DNA of 60,470 nt, counting the filler, from Sphacelaria rigidula (Eukaryota), in assembly GCA_964200075.2 (NCBI GenBank). It is 6 parts of 6 records of this genome, joined end to end, with 100 filler letters (N's around TTAATTAATTAA, not from the genome) between each part and the next. Parts side by side here need not be neighbours in the genome. Positions count along the whole stretch, not along the records: positions 1 to 9,997 come from CAXNAA020007343.1; positions 10,098 to 20,093 come from CAXNAA020007344.1; 4 more parts are not named here. The stretch is one strand, 5' to 3'. Of the stretch, positions 1-13,803 are shown piece after piece (within the stretch, counting starts at the first letter, position 1; the number at the start of each line of letters is the position of its first letter). The translations under genes and the position numbers were made by a program. The notes beneath the pieces were generated by a model. The model was given only the letters and a program-made list of their open reading frames with translations, had not been told where the DNA came from and did not search any database.

Positions 1-25
1 AACAAAAAAAAAAAAAAACCCCCCC

Positions 26-56
<31 letters not shown>

Positions 57-80
57 ACACAAACACACGCACACACACAC
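1..80. repeat. Poly-A / poly-C / (CA)n simple repeats at contig start
   Basis: An A run, then C19-42, then (CA)n, read directly. Confidence 0.9.
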
Positions 81-1270
81 AACCGTAGGAGTGCTGCAGG
101 TTGCTGCACGCACGATGTGAAGCTACGCACAGTGTTTGGTGCCAGAACCGTGAACTGCAGACAGTGGTTTTTCTTGTTTCTGGAAAATATGGCATGAATT
201 GGCGAATGGTCGTCGAAGCATTTATTCAAATATGAGATCTAGGCCAACAACATAGAATTGTTCCCGCTTCCAACGAACCCACACAAACCAAGGGAATCCA
301 CTTCTAGCGTTTTGGAGTATGACATGAATTCAGTAAAATCAATCCGAGATGGAGCTCTGACACCTTTATGTCGTTTCCACCCCGGACCAGCATTCGAGTC
401 CTGGCTTGAAATTTTGCACGTGTCCAGGATGGTAATGCCGAGATCATGACTTTTCCAACAAATCAACCAAAACCTCTTTTTTCAAGTTATTCGGCGTTAG
501 GGAATGTTCCGATATGGCTTCATTGCCTCTTTTCTCGAATATCTTGAAAGATCTACATCAATTTCCTGCCAAAAATCTACTTGTTAGTATACCTTTGGAC
601 ATAAGGGTGGAATTTCAAGTCAAAACTCCAAAGTCAACCCGGGCAAATGTTTTGGTGAAGGTGCCGCGTTTTTGCTGGCAGAATCAGCCTGTACATTTCA
701 CGTGGTGGTCGTCCACTGAATCTGAATACCGCGCCAGAAACTCCGCCCTCACAACATCTGGTTTTCCACACCTTGGCAGAAAATGGGCTAGAGTAACAGT
801 CGTCGATGTGTCCAGGGTCACGCTCCATCCCTTGGAACTCGCTGCGGAAACTTCGGCTGGTGGCCTGAACACCTTACTTCTCACTCAATGTCGTTGTCTC
901 GAGCACACTAGAGTTTACACCTTGGGTGGGATCAGACAGGGGAGGAGATGAGCTAGCTCTCTAGGGATACCATCGTGCTTTCCCATCGTGCTCTGTGCAG
1001 CGTAAATCTATGATGCTGCCATCTAACATCTGAGGTTTGTTGTCAGAAAATCTAATATTGAATCAAGACAACGGCCACTGACCCACACGCAGCTGGTCTA
1101 CACACGCAATTTGTGGTCAGTTTCACTTTGTCGACGAGTGTAGCCATCTCCAAATGGTGGTGGGACGAACACTTGGCGTCATGACCGTCCTAGGGATATA
1201 TACCATCAGCTTTGTCCCTCATTCGGTGTATGGCGAACAATCTATGATCAAGCAACTCAATGATGCACGT

Positions 1271-1414
1271 CAGGGTTTTCCACGGGAAAACGAGACGGGA
1301 CAGGGCGGGGAATATGTCACGACGGGACGGAGCCGGACGGGACGGGAAGCAGGTTATCTAGACGGAACGGAAGTCTCCGTCCCGTCCACATGGGAACTGC
1401 GTAGGAACACCCTG
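1271..1414. mobile_element. Small MITE-like element with GACGG subterminal repeats
   Basis: Starts CAGGGTTTTCC and ends GGAACACCCTG (reverse complement CAGGGTGTTCC). Internal GACGG/CCGTC repeats. No TSD seen. Confidence 0.5.
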
Positions 1415-4400
1415 AGATACATGCGCCAGGCGGAGATTTTTGTGCCAACGACGTTCCCATACATGAACAAGAAGCAACGACCGGTTGTCACGGACAACAG
1501 GTGGCAACAACGGTAAAGTTGAAGCATAACAAGAACAACCAGCGACACACCGGCTTCCAATGATTCGATGTAACACAGAAACTGACACCCAATGCGTACT
1601 GTAGTGAATGCAAACAAGGACGAGCACCTGAGCAGCGCCCAAAATGAGAGCAACACAACACGCACCACTTACTGGTCTATGCTGCAGGTGATTGACACGT
1701 GCACGACCACAGACCGGCACTGTGCCGGATAGGTTTTTTGGCATCTACTGTCATCATCCATGCGTCTGAAAGTGCTGAATATTAATCAACATGACCGCCG
1801 CTCCCACGTGGTTTAAGTGGTCCAAAAGTGTGAGGGCGAACGAATGCGGCTCCGCTTCGAATCCCGGCAGATGCGTCCGTTTTTCGTTGAGGAAGTGAAG
1901 TATCTCAGAAGTAGAGTGTCTCATTTCCATCGTTGAAAGCGCGAGAACGTACGTGAATGGCAAATAAGATTTATGTGACTGAGAGAGTCGACGCGGTGCA
2001 TGGGTGCTGATCCAACCCGCGATGACAAAATGCAAGGCGTGTACTGTATCGGGGGAGAGATGAGCTGCTCCCTTGATACCGTTTACTCGTCCCGCCGAAG
2101 GGGGGGGGGGGGTTAGAAGTCTGATGAACAAAAGAAGAAAAGATCACGCACCTGTACATCGATTGATTTATCGATTGTCGGGCGTTCAACAGCCGATAAT
2201 GGAAATCAAGTTCCCGTTTTGAAATGGGGTTCATGGACTTATTTTTCTGCAAAATATCTTGCCCCCCGAAAGTGCTTTCGTCCCAACTCCCAACCCTGAA
2301 TTTTTGAAAACTTGAAAATGTTGAGTGTTGCGAAAAAAATTGAGTGCTTGTCTTACCGAGATAAGGCTATGAAATTTTGGGAACTCCAATTCGCAAGTCC
2401 GGATGGTTGGCCAAAAGCGCTTTCGCTAAACTATCTGGAAGAAAACGAACGGAGCTCGTAGAGTACATGGAATTTATTTCCAATCTGAAACTCATTTTCC
2501 TGTTGAGGCTGTTGTTACCTGATACCTCAGGCAAGGATCCATCCGTCATAAAAAAAAAAAATCGTACCCAAGACTGCAGTCCTGAAAATATAAAGCGAGC
2601 CTTCGTCTTGAGCGTGACCACACGAAATTATTGCTCTGTACTGACTGTACCTACTGTTTTGTACGGCATGTTACATACAGTAAGGCCACAGTGTGACCCA
2701 GGGATTGACAAAGGAAGCGTAGAAATTGGATGAAACTTTTGCTTTCAACCATTTTTCGTGAAGTTATGTTCCACGTCATCTAGGAATATTCTAATGCCAT
2801 AATCCCCGGGGTCGTAGCACCACCCTCGCTTGTGGTACCCCCGTCTGCCGTGGCACCGCGCGATCTGTCACGGCCAAGTTCGTTTGTTTGGGACCCCCAC
2901 TCACGGTTGTGGCACCGGGTACGATAGTTAACAGGGGTGCGAGCTGGTGATGCTACTTCTGGCGATCTTCATAGACATCCGTTTTGGTACAGTACTGTCT
3001 TCTCCAAAAGGAGAGGGGCGACTCTCCCCGTCCGTGCTTCATGTGTCGTGATGCACTGCCGGCAACCTCCAACTATATGTAGACGTCCATATAGTATTGC
3101 TACGTGAATTTCTCGTGCACACCGCCTATGGTTGCACCCCTTTCCAAATCTGTCACGAGTTCCTTGGTGGTCGCACCAAGTGCGTCATCATCGCCCCGGT
3201 GGCGGCGAAGTTATTCAACTGTCAGTCAATCTATGTCTCCTGCACGGCGTAATGCAGTGCAGCGAATTATAGTATGGCAGCACATGCCCCCCGAGTAGCA
3301 CTGGTTACACGCGTAAATTTTTACCGTGAAAAGCTGTGATTCAGACCGATGATAGATTGTTTTTGTCGATTCTGGACTGTGTGACAGGTGCGTGCGATCG
3401 GGTACCGACGAGCGGAGAACTGCGTCTCTGGTGCATATGGCGAAAGAGGAGCTCTCGAGAAATTTGGGCTCTGTCAGCGCTGTGCTCCTGCTGGTTCTAG
3501 GATACGCGTTGAGCAGCGATCGCCGGGTGATCATCTTTATGCCGTAAATAGCGCGTTCATCTCGACATGATTCAGCACTCCAGTACTACCACACGGTACC
3601 TAGACCTGCGCGATGTGTACCTACGAATATTTGAAAGTACTTCCTTATATTGAAGACATGTACGATCGTTTCTCGATGATAACCTATGTTCTGTAGAACA
3701 TTTTAAGGATCCTTCTACCTGTTGTCTTCATGTCGTCCCTCTGCAGGCGACGACATTGGTTCTTGCTGTGCTGGCGCTCTGTTCCTTGCTTGTTGGTGTC
3801 CTCATCAAGGTGCTGTCCCGGAGGTGCGTATACATCAAGCCCAATCATCGTGTGTACGCCCCAAAAATCGTATCATTGCGGCTTTACCCGTGTACAATGT
3901 ATGCTTGCGTACAAGGGATGAAACACAATCATCGTTGCCTCCGGTAGTTCAACTGTGCGCCGAACACGAAGCTTGCACAGGCGGGTAATGACGTCGGATG
4001 TTGTAGACCAGTGTACAGAGTGAACTTTGGAACCCTCACGGAGTAAGCCTCTACTTTCACCAGAGTTCGGTGCTTGCGCGTTTCCCCGTTGGGGCTGTGC
4101 TCAAAGGTGCGAATCGTTTGAGCTGCTGGATCGGGTATCTACTGCATGTGAGGAATTTGAGCAGGGGTTGCCCAGAGCGGAAAGCAAGTTCGAAGGTATG
4201 GAATCGAAATGCGCGCGAGCTTGTGAACCTGGGGCTGGATATTTATTATGCCAGCTAGTTGCAGAGGTCGTGGACGGTGACCATACGTCGCCGTTGTTGT
4301 ATATTACGCGGTAGTGATGCTTAACCTTGCGCAGTGGATCTCGCAGGCACGTCATGCTCACGCAATGTTCATGTAAGCTTCCGTGGTTGCATTTTTTGGT

Positions 4401-4689
4401 ACCGTCAATCAAGCTGTGTGGACGCAAAATTTTGTTGACTAAGCCATGGCTTTGTCGCTCTAGCCGCGTTTCCGATGTTACTTGAGTGTACTGTCGTTGT
4501 CCCTCTAGCACCTTGTAGGTACAAGTAAGTGGGCGTGGTTGCGGTTTATTGATCCGGGTGGAATATTTGCTCCATACACAAAATCGTATCAGGAAGTCCG
4601 TCCCGGACAAGCCAGTAGTTTGGTATTGGTGTCATTAAACACAAGATGTGGCTGGCTTTTTTTTTCCGTTTTTTTTTCTTCTCCTTTTT

Positions 4690-4792
4690 CCCTCAGAGCG
4701 TGTTTCAGTTTCGTTTTTGTTGGGAATGTCTATCATGAGACCACGGCTGGACCCCTGGGGGATCAGATAAAGTGCGATAATCAATCAATCAA
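4690..4792 (+). mobile_element. 3' end of a retroposon with an (AATC)n tail
   Basis: CCACGGCTGGA...ATCAG...GTGCGATAATCAATCAATCAA. A related end occurs at about 18983-19035 on another contig. Confidence 0.55.
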
Positions 4793-7559
4793 TTGATTGA
4801 CCTCTTGTCATAAACGCGTGAGATACGAGAAACATGTTTTCCCAATATCACAGTAAGATCTCGCTGTTTTTTGCGGCGTGTTTAATGCCACCCTAGGAAG
4901 GCAATGTTACGCGTATCCTGCTTCTCCTGATGCTGCAAAAGCTCTGTCGGCGGTGGTCACCTTGTTGAGTGGACGACAGGAATGGGTAGCGCATAATGAT
5001 TTAATTTCGCACCCGACAGCGCTTCCATTTGGTAATGGAACCCTTCAAATTTCCAGAGAAGCTTGTGACTCCGCTAAAATCCAAAATACCGAAGCCATTT
5101 TTCCAGATTTCGTTTCATCCCAAAAGGCGAGGGACACCAAGCTCTTGCATCACCGAATCTCGTAGTAGTCGCCTCTCTGGAGGTCATGTAGTTTGAGTCG
5201 GATGATGTTGTGGACAACACAGTGAGGGAACCAGCAATTATTTTGAGCGACACCTTTCGGATCATCGTTTTCCTCCTCACCGACCGTTTGTAACCAAGGG
5301 GTGAATATGCCCCGTGTGTATGGAGAGTGATTGTCACACCAAGCAAGAATTAACAGATTGAAAGATTCCTGTGCGCTCGTGCAACTGTGCGCTTTATTTC
5401 GATTCGTCGCTTAGTCTGCACGTTGCCCTGCGCGAACCGCGACTCTTTCGCCTAGAGATCGGCGATATCCCAATTCGAAAATCGTGGAGCACTTGGGCTG
5501 GTCTACAGCAGGGGAGTGCGCTGGCATCTGTCGTCTCGGTGTGCAGAAACGACTTGTGGCAACGTGTGCCTGTTCTACTGCTGGTGAAGGTACGCGTGGG
5601 TTTGTTTGCAAACATGTTTTTGCATGCGGACTTGAAAAATTCATTCAATCCATCGTCGCCGTCATCCTTGCGCGCGATACAAGTCCCCCCCCGTCGGTGG
5701 TGTGCTGCATCATGCGTAGCTGCTGTTACGAGCTTTCTCCGGATTCACCCCACGGGGTGACACGTGCAGTTTCAAAGTAAACAACGAGTGCGGCTGACGT
5801 TCGCTTCGTCGAGCCAACAAGATAGTGGGTCTCCACGGTTGTCAAAATTCCAGTTTCCCGGCGATCGAGACGATTTTCCTCAATGTCTCCCCGAATCATC
5901 GGTGCGCAGGGAGATGTTGTGGCGCTTATGGCAGGCGACAGGGCCCCTTGCAGAATGGAGTTGCTTCGCGTCGAAGAAAGTGCGACGGGGGAACACGTGA
6001 AACACGGTACCGCAGGTGAGTACAAAGAAACGAACGAACAATGTGAATTACACGGAATTACAGCTAACCGGGGATATACTTGATGCTTGGCCACCGGGCA
6101 TACTGTCGCACTGTACTTTTACATAACCTCCGCGGTGGTGTTGATCCTTGCCGTGCTACGTACCACTTTGGACGCGAGTCCAAGTTTTGTAGTGATCCAA
6201 TAGCTCACAGTCCCGACAGCCTAAAGCTATGTTGATCAATGATCCATCGCCAGGCGTATCTTGTGAGCACCGATCGCTAAGGTCTGATACGGCTGTGTCA
6301 TATGGCAGCTGATCCTCGAGATATTCCCTCGGTGTTGACAGGTGCACAAGGAGGACAAAGCCTCGAACCCATGGTTGGGGCCCCGAAAGCAGTCTCTTTG
6401 GTGTTCCATGAAACGGGAATTCAGGTAATTTGTATTCTTGACAAATTGCTCGTCTTGAGAGTCCATTATATCTTCCTGATCGCCAGGGTGTATAATCTGA
6501 ATGTTGCAGTCATTTTTCAAGTGACAGTGATGTCAATTCGACAGATTGTCCACCCTGGCTGTCAAAAGGTTTGAGCAACTGCTCCGTCTGATGGGTTTTG
6601 AGCTGTTGTGCTCCTGTATACCCGGCGGTCTCACGTGCTATTCGATGTTGGTCACATTTATGTTCAAATGCTCGCACGAGATGTGCACCCAGTATAAGTA
6701 CTCATATGACGCATATGACGAGTATCTTTCGTGCGGCAGCACATGCATATTCAGGCTCCGACATACTGCAATGAAAGTTCCCGATCAGAGGCAGCCTCTC
6801 GCTTCAGATCTGTCCTTCGCTGCTCTTGGAAGTACAGGTGGTAAATTTTTTTCTCTCCAACGTTCATAACCCTATGAATTTCATTTACTCCAGGTTCATG
6901 CGGGTCAGTATATTGAATGGCGGCCGGAGACCGGCGAGCAGTTGAGGAGGAAAACCATGATAGCGGCAACATCGCCTGCGCTACTGATGCTATGCGGCGA
7001 CATGAGGTGCTTTCGTCTCCTCGAAACTCCCTTGGAAGACCATTTGAAGGTATGGGCACATAACTCGAAGTCCCGTTCAGCATAGCCGTCATCGAGGCGC
7101 TGATGTTGTGTCCAAGACATGTCATGATTCGAAATTAACTCTGGACCTGTGTGTGTGTGTGTGCAAGTTGAACAGGGGCTGGTCATATATCTTATGTATA
7201 CTCACCTGCATCCACTTGTGCCTCGCCTGTTTGACAGATGTCCTTATCGCGTGCGGTGTCAAGTCGTCGGCGGTCTCTCTTACGTGAGCGAATACGAGCA
7301 GCGGCCAGGCGATGCTATCGCAGTGTTCTCATCGTAGTATGTTTGGCTGCCCTGGCCGGTGGAGTCCGCTTAGTGCTCGCAGAGGGATCGCGAAAATCAT
7401 GGGCGCTGTTTCTACTAGTCATCCCGGGTCAGGCAAGTACTAGGCTGGAATGTACGTCGGGTCATAGTGACTCTTTGAAATGTTGGCAAGATATCGTATG
7501 TGGGCCTTCCTTCAGATTGCATCAATGATCAAAGCAGTTATCTGCATTGTCCAAGACGT

Positions 7560-9936
7560 TATGCAACCGTACGAAAACAGGTGAAAAAATGGTTAAAGAA
7601 AAACTAGAAGGGGATATGGAAAGATTTCGTTAATAGAGACAGAGACTGATGGCGGTATGAAGCAAACGTGGGTAGGAGTAAAAGGGATATTGGATAAACG
7701 GGCAGGGCAGGGAAGACAATGCAATAGCCACGCCGAGAGCACAAAACGGTAAAATGGTTAGTACTTCGAACCGGAAGAGAAAAGTATTAGTAGAGCACTA
7801 CCGATATCTGGGAATACCAGTAACTAAAAAGAGGTTTGACGAGGAATTCGAGGAGAGCAACGCGTGCGCAGAGGCAAATATAGAAGCATCAAAACGGGAT
7901 GATGGTGGTTTAAAAGAGTTGCAGCGAGAGATTACAAGAGAGGAAGTAAAAGGGTGTGTAGCTAAACTCAAAAATAGAAAGGCAGCAGGGGCAGACGAAG
8001 TGGTGAACGCATTCATGAAGTACGGGGGGAAGGAATGATTACCATGATGGTTGTATTGTTTAATTGGATCGGGAGAAGGAGTACACACCGAACAGGTGGA
8101 GAGAAGGAGTAGTAGTGAACCTGTTCAAGAAAAAAGACCAGGGCGACCCGGGGAATTATGGGGGGATAGCGCTACTAGGCACCGTAGGGAAACATTCTGT
8201 AAGATTCTAAATGATAAACGGGGAAAGATGCCGGAAAAAAAATCAGAGGGAGGCAAGCAGGGTTTAGACCAAATCGTATCTGCGTAGACCATGCGTATAC
8301 ATTAGGGATAATTGATCGAAGTGGGAACGTACAGAAGGCCTATGACACACTATTACACACCACGGAAAAATGGGCCCTAAAAAAAGATGTGGGAAGCAGG
8401 ATCAGAGGAAAGATGTGAAGAATGTGAAACATATGACAATATGTGCGATAAGAGCTATGATGCTAGATGGCGAAATATCGACATATGTTGATATCTTACA
8501 AGGAGTTTCACAAGGATGTGCGTTATCCCCCACCTTATTCCAGGTATCTATTAATAGCATGATGAATCAAGGTGGGGATAAATACGGATAAGGTGTCGGG
8601 ATTGTGTTCGCGGATGATTTCGTGGGGATATTAGAAACACCAGAAGGATTGCAGAAATAGAGGAGACTCTAGAATACACGAGGGAATGGAGAGTGACAGC
8701 GAAGGCGAACAAATGCGTGCTAGTTGTATGTAACGAAGAAAACGAGAACCCAGTACAGTTCAAATTGAAGTGGCGAGAATCGGAACTACCGGTCGTAGAC
8801 CAGTATTCATACCTTAGAGTGGAGATATCGAAAAAGGGTTGTTGGGATGCACACGCAGATAAATTAATAGAGGAAAGGGTAAGGCACAGATAGGCAAGAT
8901 GGATGTGATCCTGAGAGATTCGCACGTCGATACTAGGATAAAGACATGAATTCTGATTAATGTAATTCTACCGAAGCTACAATATATAGGTAATGGAAAG
9001 GAAACGCGAAGGTCGTGAAGCAGTTGGAAACAGTACAGATGAGCAGCTGAGAAAATACTTGGATGCTCAAAAACGACGAGCAGTACGGTACTGAGAGCAG
9101 AACTGGAAATGTACCCACTTGAAACAAATAGAGACCCAACAAAATTGAAATGACAACTTAACGCAAGGAACATGCCAGGGAAGAGGTTGCCAGCCATAGT
9201 GAACAGGGCTGTATGGAAGAAACTAACAAAATGGCAGGCTGGAATAAGGTGGAATAACGTAGTCGAGAAAGTATGAAAGCATATAAGAGGAAACCAAGAT
9301 TAGATAATGTTCATGGGTGAATGCGGGGGGTACAAAACAAAAGTAAACGAGATAGAAATAAGGGGGAAACAAGCGCTAAGGGAGACCGTGGACGGGGAAA
9401 AGCACTTGAAGATATACGGGGGGCTGAGAGAAGGGATAGGGATGAAGACATATCTGCACGGCCCAATGACCTACGGCAAAAAGTTGACTGTGTGATTTCG
9501 GGTGGGGGACCTGGACCTTCCAGAAAGGAGAAAGAGGTATACCAGTACTGTAGTCGGGTGGAGGAGAAAGTCGAGTCACAGAACTGCCCCTGCGTCAAAG
9601 CAAATTAGTAAAAGTCATGAAGTGGGAAAGTGGGAATTATAAAATGAGAAATGGGACGTGTTAAAGGGGAAACGTCACAAGTATATGAACGTGGGATGAA
9701 ATCGTTTGGTACGTGAGACAGTGGCGAGGAAACGATTGCTACACTATTAATACGAGATAGGTGCTGGCCACAGACGGCGAAACAGGAAGGGGACACAATT
9801 TTTGTGGTATGTATGGAGAAAACGTAATGAGCGCCCAAATGTTGGGAGTGTCTCTACTAGGAGTAGGAATGGTCCTCCGTCTTGAAAGGGATGCGTGGTC
9901 AGTCGTCAATGAGTAAGGTAAGCAACAACTGAGTAC
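7560..9936 (+). mobile_element. Degenerate 5'-truncated non-LTR retrotransposon (LINE), RT region plus 3' end
   Basis: Frameshifted RT motifs: EITREEVKGCVAKLKNRKAAGADEV, QGVSQGCALSPTLF and FADDF (about 8606). Purine-rich strand. The 3' end ...GGATGCGTGGTC...AAGCAACAACTGAGTAC is shared with short copies elsewhere in the window. Confidence 0.9.
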
Positions 9937-9997
9937 TGACATGGCCACACCCAGCTCACACACCACTGCGAAGCTCGCAGACAGAAACTCTACCACC

Positions 9998-10097
9998 NNN
10001 NNNNNNNNNNNNNNNNNNNNNNNNNNNNNNNNNNNNNNNNNTTAATTAATTAANNNNNNNNNNNNNNNNNNNNNNNNNNNNNNNNNNNNNNNNNNNN
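9998..10097. other. Artificial contig linker
   Basis: N44-TTAATTAATTAA-N44, with stops in all six frames. Confidence 0.98.
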
Positions 10098-10384
10098 GAA
10101 GGGATTCGACGAAAATGAACTTATGGCTATGGCATGCATGATCATGAGTACACCCCCCAAAACCAGCTCAAAACTGTCACGAGAAAACGGTCATACAGCG
10201 CCTGATGTTTGGGTTCAGGCTGCATGAAGTGCCTCATATGGGCGACATTGGTGAAAACGAGCCCAAGCGCGGGAACCACCAGCTGCTCGTTGTGCTCGGC
10301 TTTTTCTATCTCGATTGACTTGTAGATTTTGCATCCCCAAACCAGCCACTCTTCAGGGCGGGGCTATCTTAGAAAGTGTCATGT

Positions 10385-12933
10385 TTCCCTGGAAAGAGGA
10401 TCTCAGCAACACGCGTATGGTGAAATGAAACTGTACATTCGGGAACTAGGGGCAATTGCAGGCGCTGGCAATGCGAGAGATCTCATTGCATGTGAGCGTT
10501 CAGGGAAAGGAGGCTCCGGAAAGGTAACACAGGAGGGCGCACTTTGGCTCCCTGGACTACCTCGCCGGCTGCTGAGTACCGGAACGACTCGGCGTGACGG
10601 AGGAAAATTCGTGGACTTCGGCAGGAAGGAGATCTACGTTCGGTTCAAACATGATGAGCCGACGATCCCCCTGGCCTGGAGTAGAGGCTTACTGACCCTG
10701 TCGGCATCACTGCGGGGAAATGGTAAACATGCGGCGTCGGCGCACGCTTCGTTCGCAAACAAGAAGCGCCTCACACTGAAGCAGTGGCACGACACCCTAG
10801 GGCACATCAATTCGGCTGCTTTAACACCTCGATAATCGTGGGTTGATCGATGTCACTGATGCCACGGTGGCGTCCGAGATTGTTTGCAGCGTTTGCATGA
10901 AATGCAAGCCCGAGGCGCTCAGCTACGGCGGCGGCGGCGGCAGGAGTCCCAAAACACCAGGAGAAGTTGTGCACACTGATTTTGAAGGGCTGTTCCACGC
11001 CGATGTCACGGGCGTGAAATACTTCCAGGTTTTCGTGGTCGAGGCCAGTCGAGACAAGCACGTTGTTGCACTCGAGACACGAGATGCTGCCCCTGCGCCA
11101 CGGGAGCCAACATCGACGAAATGGCCCTTGAGAGAATGACCATCAAATGCATCAGCGGAGACGGCGCTGGGAAACTAGGATGGTCAGTCAAATATCAACG
11201 CATGCTGGCCAACCGCGGCATCAAGTGGCGCTGCTCACCGCCAAGGACATCACAAAGTTATGGAATCGTTGAACATGCAATTCAGCGACTGATGAGGAAA
11301 GCACGCAGCCAACTGGTGAAAGCGGGACGCGGAGAGGACTCCTGGTTCTTCGCTGTGACGGACGCGGCATTCGAGACCGCAAGGATGCCACACGAGTACC
11401 TCGGGGGCGAGACCCCATGTGAGAGGCTGACAGGAAAGCCTTATAACTATGATCGGTGTCGTACTTGGGAATCCGAGTGTTTCGTGCACCAGCACACACA
11501 GAAGCGCGACGCCGCTGCAATGTTTTACCCATATGCGATAGCGGGGCATCATGGTGGGGCACGATCAGCACTTTCTCCGTTGGCATTAAAGGTTGATACA
11601 GTAGTCCAAGCTCGTCGAGTCTTCACACGTCACGTTTGAATGAGAGGCCAAGATCCCAGACATCGTAGGGGAGCTGAAGGCTGTCGAATCGAGTGACGAC
11701 AAGGACGAACCATCGGAAGAAGAGAACGCAACACCAATCGACGGCGATGATGAACCGGGTGGACAACCACTACAGGATCCGACATCATCGAAGCGCTCTT
11801 CCGCGGACAGTGGACTGCGCAGGTTCAGTCGACTGGCGCGACGGCATCGAGGGGACAACGCAGAGGAACGCTTTAGAAGTTCTGACGGCATTCGTTCTGA
11901 GGACAGCAATTTCCTTGCCACCCGTCGGCAAGATCAGGACAAAGGCGTATTCTGCATGCTCTGGGGTCGAGTCTTCACTGGACCACAGATGGAAAGTAGC
12001 CACGGAAGAGGAAATCCAGCGGAAGGACGACGAGCCTCCGAGATAAGAGGCCGGTGAACCGCTGGGATCACGGGTGCCGCCGGCGGCGTCTGTAACCTAC
12101 GCGACTCCAAGTGCGGACGAGCGCTCCGAAGGTTCAAAGACGGAGGCACCGCGGACAAGAAATCAGCAACAGATCGGGCAAGAGGATTGCGCCTTCTCGA
12201 GCGGAGATGGCCGTGATCAGGGTCGGATCATCGAACCAACGGAGACGCTGGGCGATAACGAAGGGGCGAAGCTCGAGAAAAAATGCGTGCCGAACGCGGA
12301 CGATTTTACCCTTGGCCAAGAACCAGAGGAGAAGCCTGCGGCAAAGGAAGCGACAAAGGCGGTGGAGGGACCCCCGGAAGGTGCGGGATGCCTGCCACTA
12401 AATGGCACCCTCGCACAAAAGCAGCAAACGTTGAAGTCGCTGTTCTCGACCAAGGATGTCAACACGCAAAATACGGCGGAAGTCGGGTCGAGTCCGGAGG
12501 GTCCAGGTCCAGCAAGTGACTTGATGGCAATCGATGGAAATATTCATTTGTCTCGTCTCTAGCACGTTAGGTGTGATCGTATCAGCTTTCTGGTGTTACT
12601 GCTATACGATCATGGGGGAGTATGCAGATTATGTATCGGACATGGATCTCATACGTAGATTCTCGGACATGTAGTCAACTAGCGTGGTAGCCGCCAGTAC
12701 GGTTCAGTACAAAGTACCAACACGAATGGTCCGGGAACCAGTACTGTAGGCGGTGCTCAGTCGAGCCAGAACGGCTCCGCGGCTCTATTTTGTACGCTCT
12801 GTAGTTGGTGCTTAGGGCTGGGATTTAGAGAGAGAAGGTTCAGATGAAGTTGTACACAAGCGGGTGACATTTGAATAAATAATGAAAAGCACGGTGATGC
12901 AGCGCCCCACTCGCGTACGTCCTCCACCCATCA
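10385..12933 (+). mobile_element. Defective Ty1/Copia LTR retrotransposon (integrase kept, RT/RNase H missing)
   Basis: GAG-pre-integrase WHDTLGH...CSVCMKCK. Integrase core VVHTDFEG, ISGDGAG and SPPRTSQSYGIVEHAIQRL. RT-start-like HRWKVATEEEIQ at about 11984-12019 with no RT body after it. Polypurine tract GGGGGAG at 12614-12620. Confidence 0.85.
12621..12933 (+). repeat. Putative 3' LTR of the Copia element
   Basis: Follows the polypurine tract, contains AATAAA at 12874 and ends in CA. The right boundary is approximate because no 5' LTR is available for comparison. Confidence 0.5.
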
Positions 12934-13649
12934 AGACCTCTCGTGACAAATTCCTTGCTCTGCTATAAAACGGTGCACTGCAAGGAAGCGCGCCACGGCC
13001 ACATCAAGCACCTCACAAGTGTACAGGCTTGACACCGTGTAGGGTAAAAACAGTTCTTCCTACTTGTAGATGCCTCTAGTGATGACTTTCAGCACTTGTG
13101 CTATGAGTGCGGAGTAAAGTGGTATCGAATTCGTTGAAAGGATCTCTACAAAGCGCAAGACGTGGAGGCTGGAGGCAAAGCAAGGCCGTGCATGCAAGTA
13201 TGCGTAAAATACTCACGATACGAGGGGAGGGAGGGTAGGAACGTGGAATGTGGAGGGCACAGAAACACGGAGAGAAAAACTGAGTAGTTCACATGCAGGA
13301 GTGAGTTACGATTTTGGAACCCTTGCCTCTTGTCTAGCAGACGTCATGATTGATTTTTCACGGCCGGGTGACACGTATGGTCTTGCTGAACACAGTGCTA
13401 GAGCTCAGGAGGATGCTCGGCACATATATTATGAAGAAACATATGATACTTTGCTCTCACTTCGCAAAATCCGTCTTTACCGCACTTGCATCATAGTGGA
13501 CATCAATCATTTTTCCCGACAATAGTCATGGCCTCTCCACAGCACAAGACGAAAGGCGAGTCACGAGTGGTTCCATGGCTTGCTACCAAAATGTAAGAAA
13601 TACATGGGCGAGATTTACTCTATCCGAGTGTAAGTGAAATTTTGTGGAT

Positions 13650-13803
13650 CTTTAGGGGGTTACAGTCCCGAGTGGCCCTAAGGTGTGCAGAGTACGTTTC
13701 TGCCCAAATCGGAGCCGCTGCAGGCGCCGATTCGAGGTCTGCCAATGCACACTTTACCCTGGGCACCCTTGGATCGGGGTCGAGGTTGGGGTTGGGATTA
13801 GGA
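13650..13803 (+). repeat. Interspersed repeat ending in degenerate telomere-like hexamers
   Basis: Shares CAGGCGCC...TCGAGGTCTGCCAATGCACACTTT with about 55167-55200. Ends GGGGTCGAGGTTGGGGTTGGGATTAGG. Confidence 0.65.
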
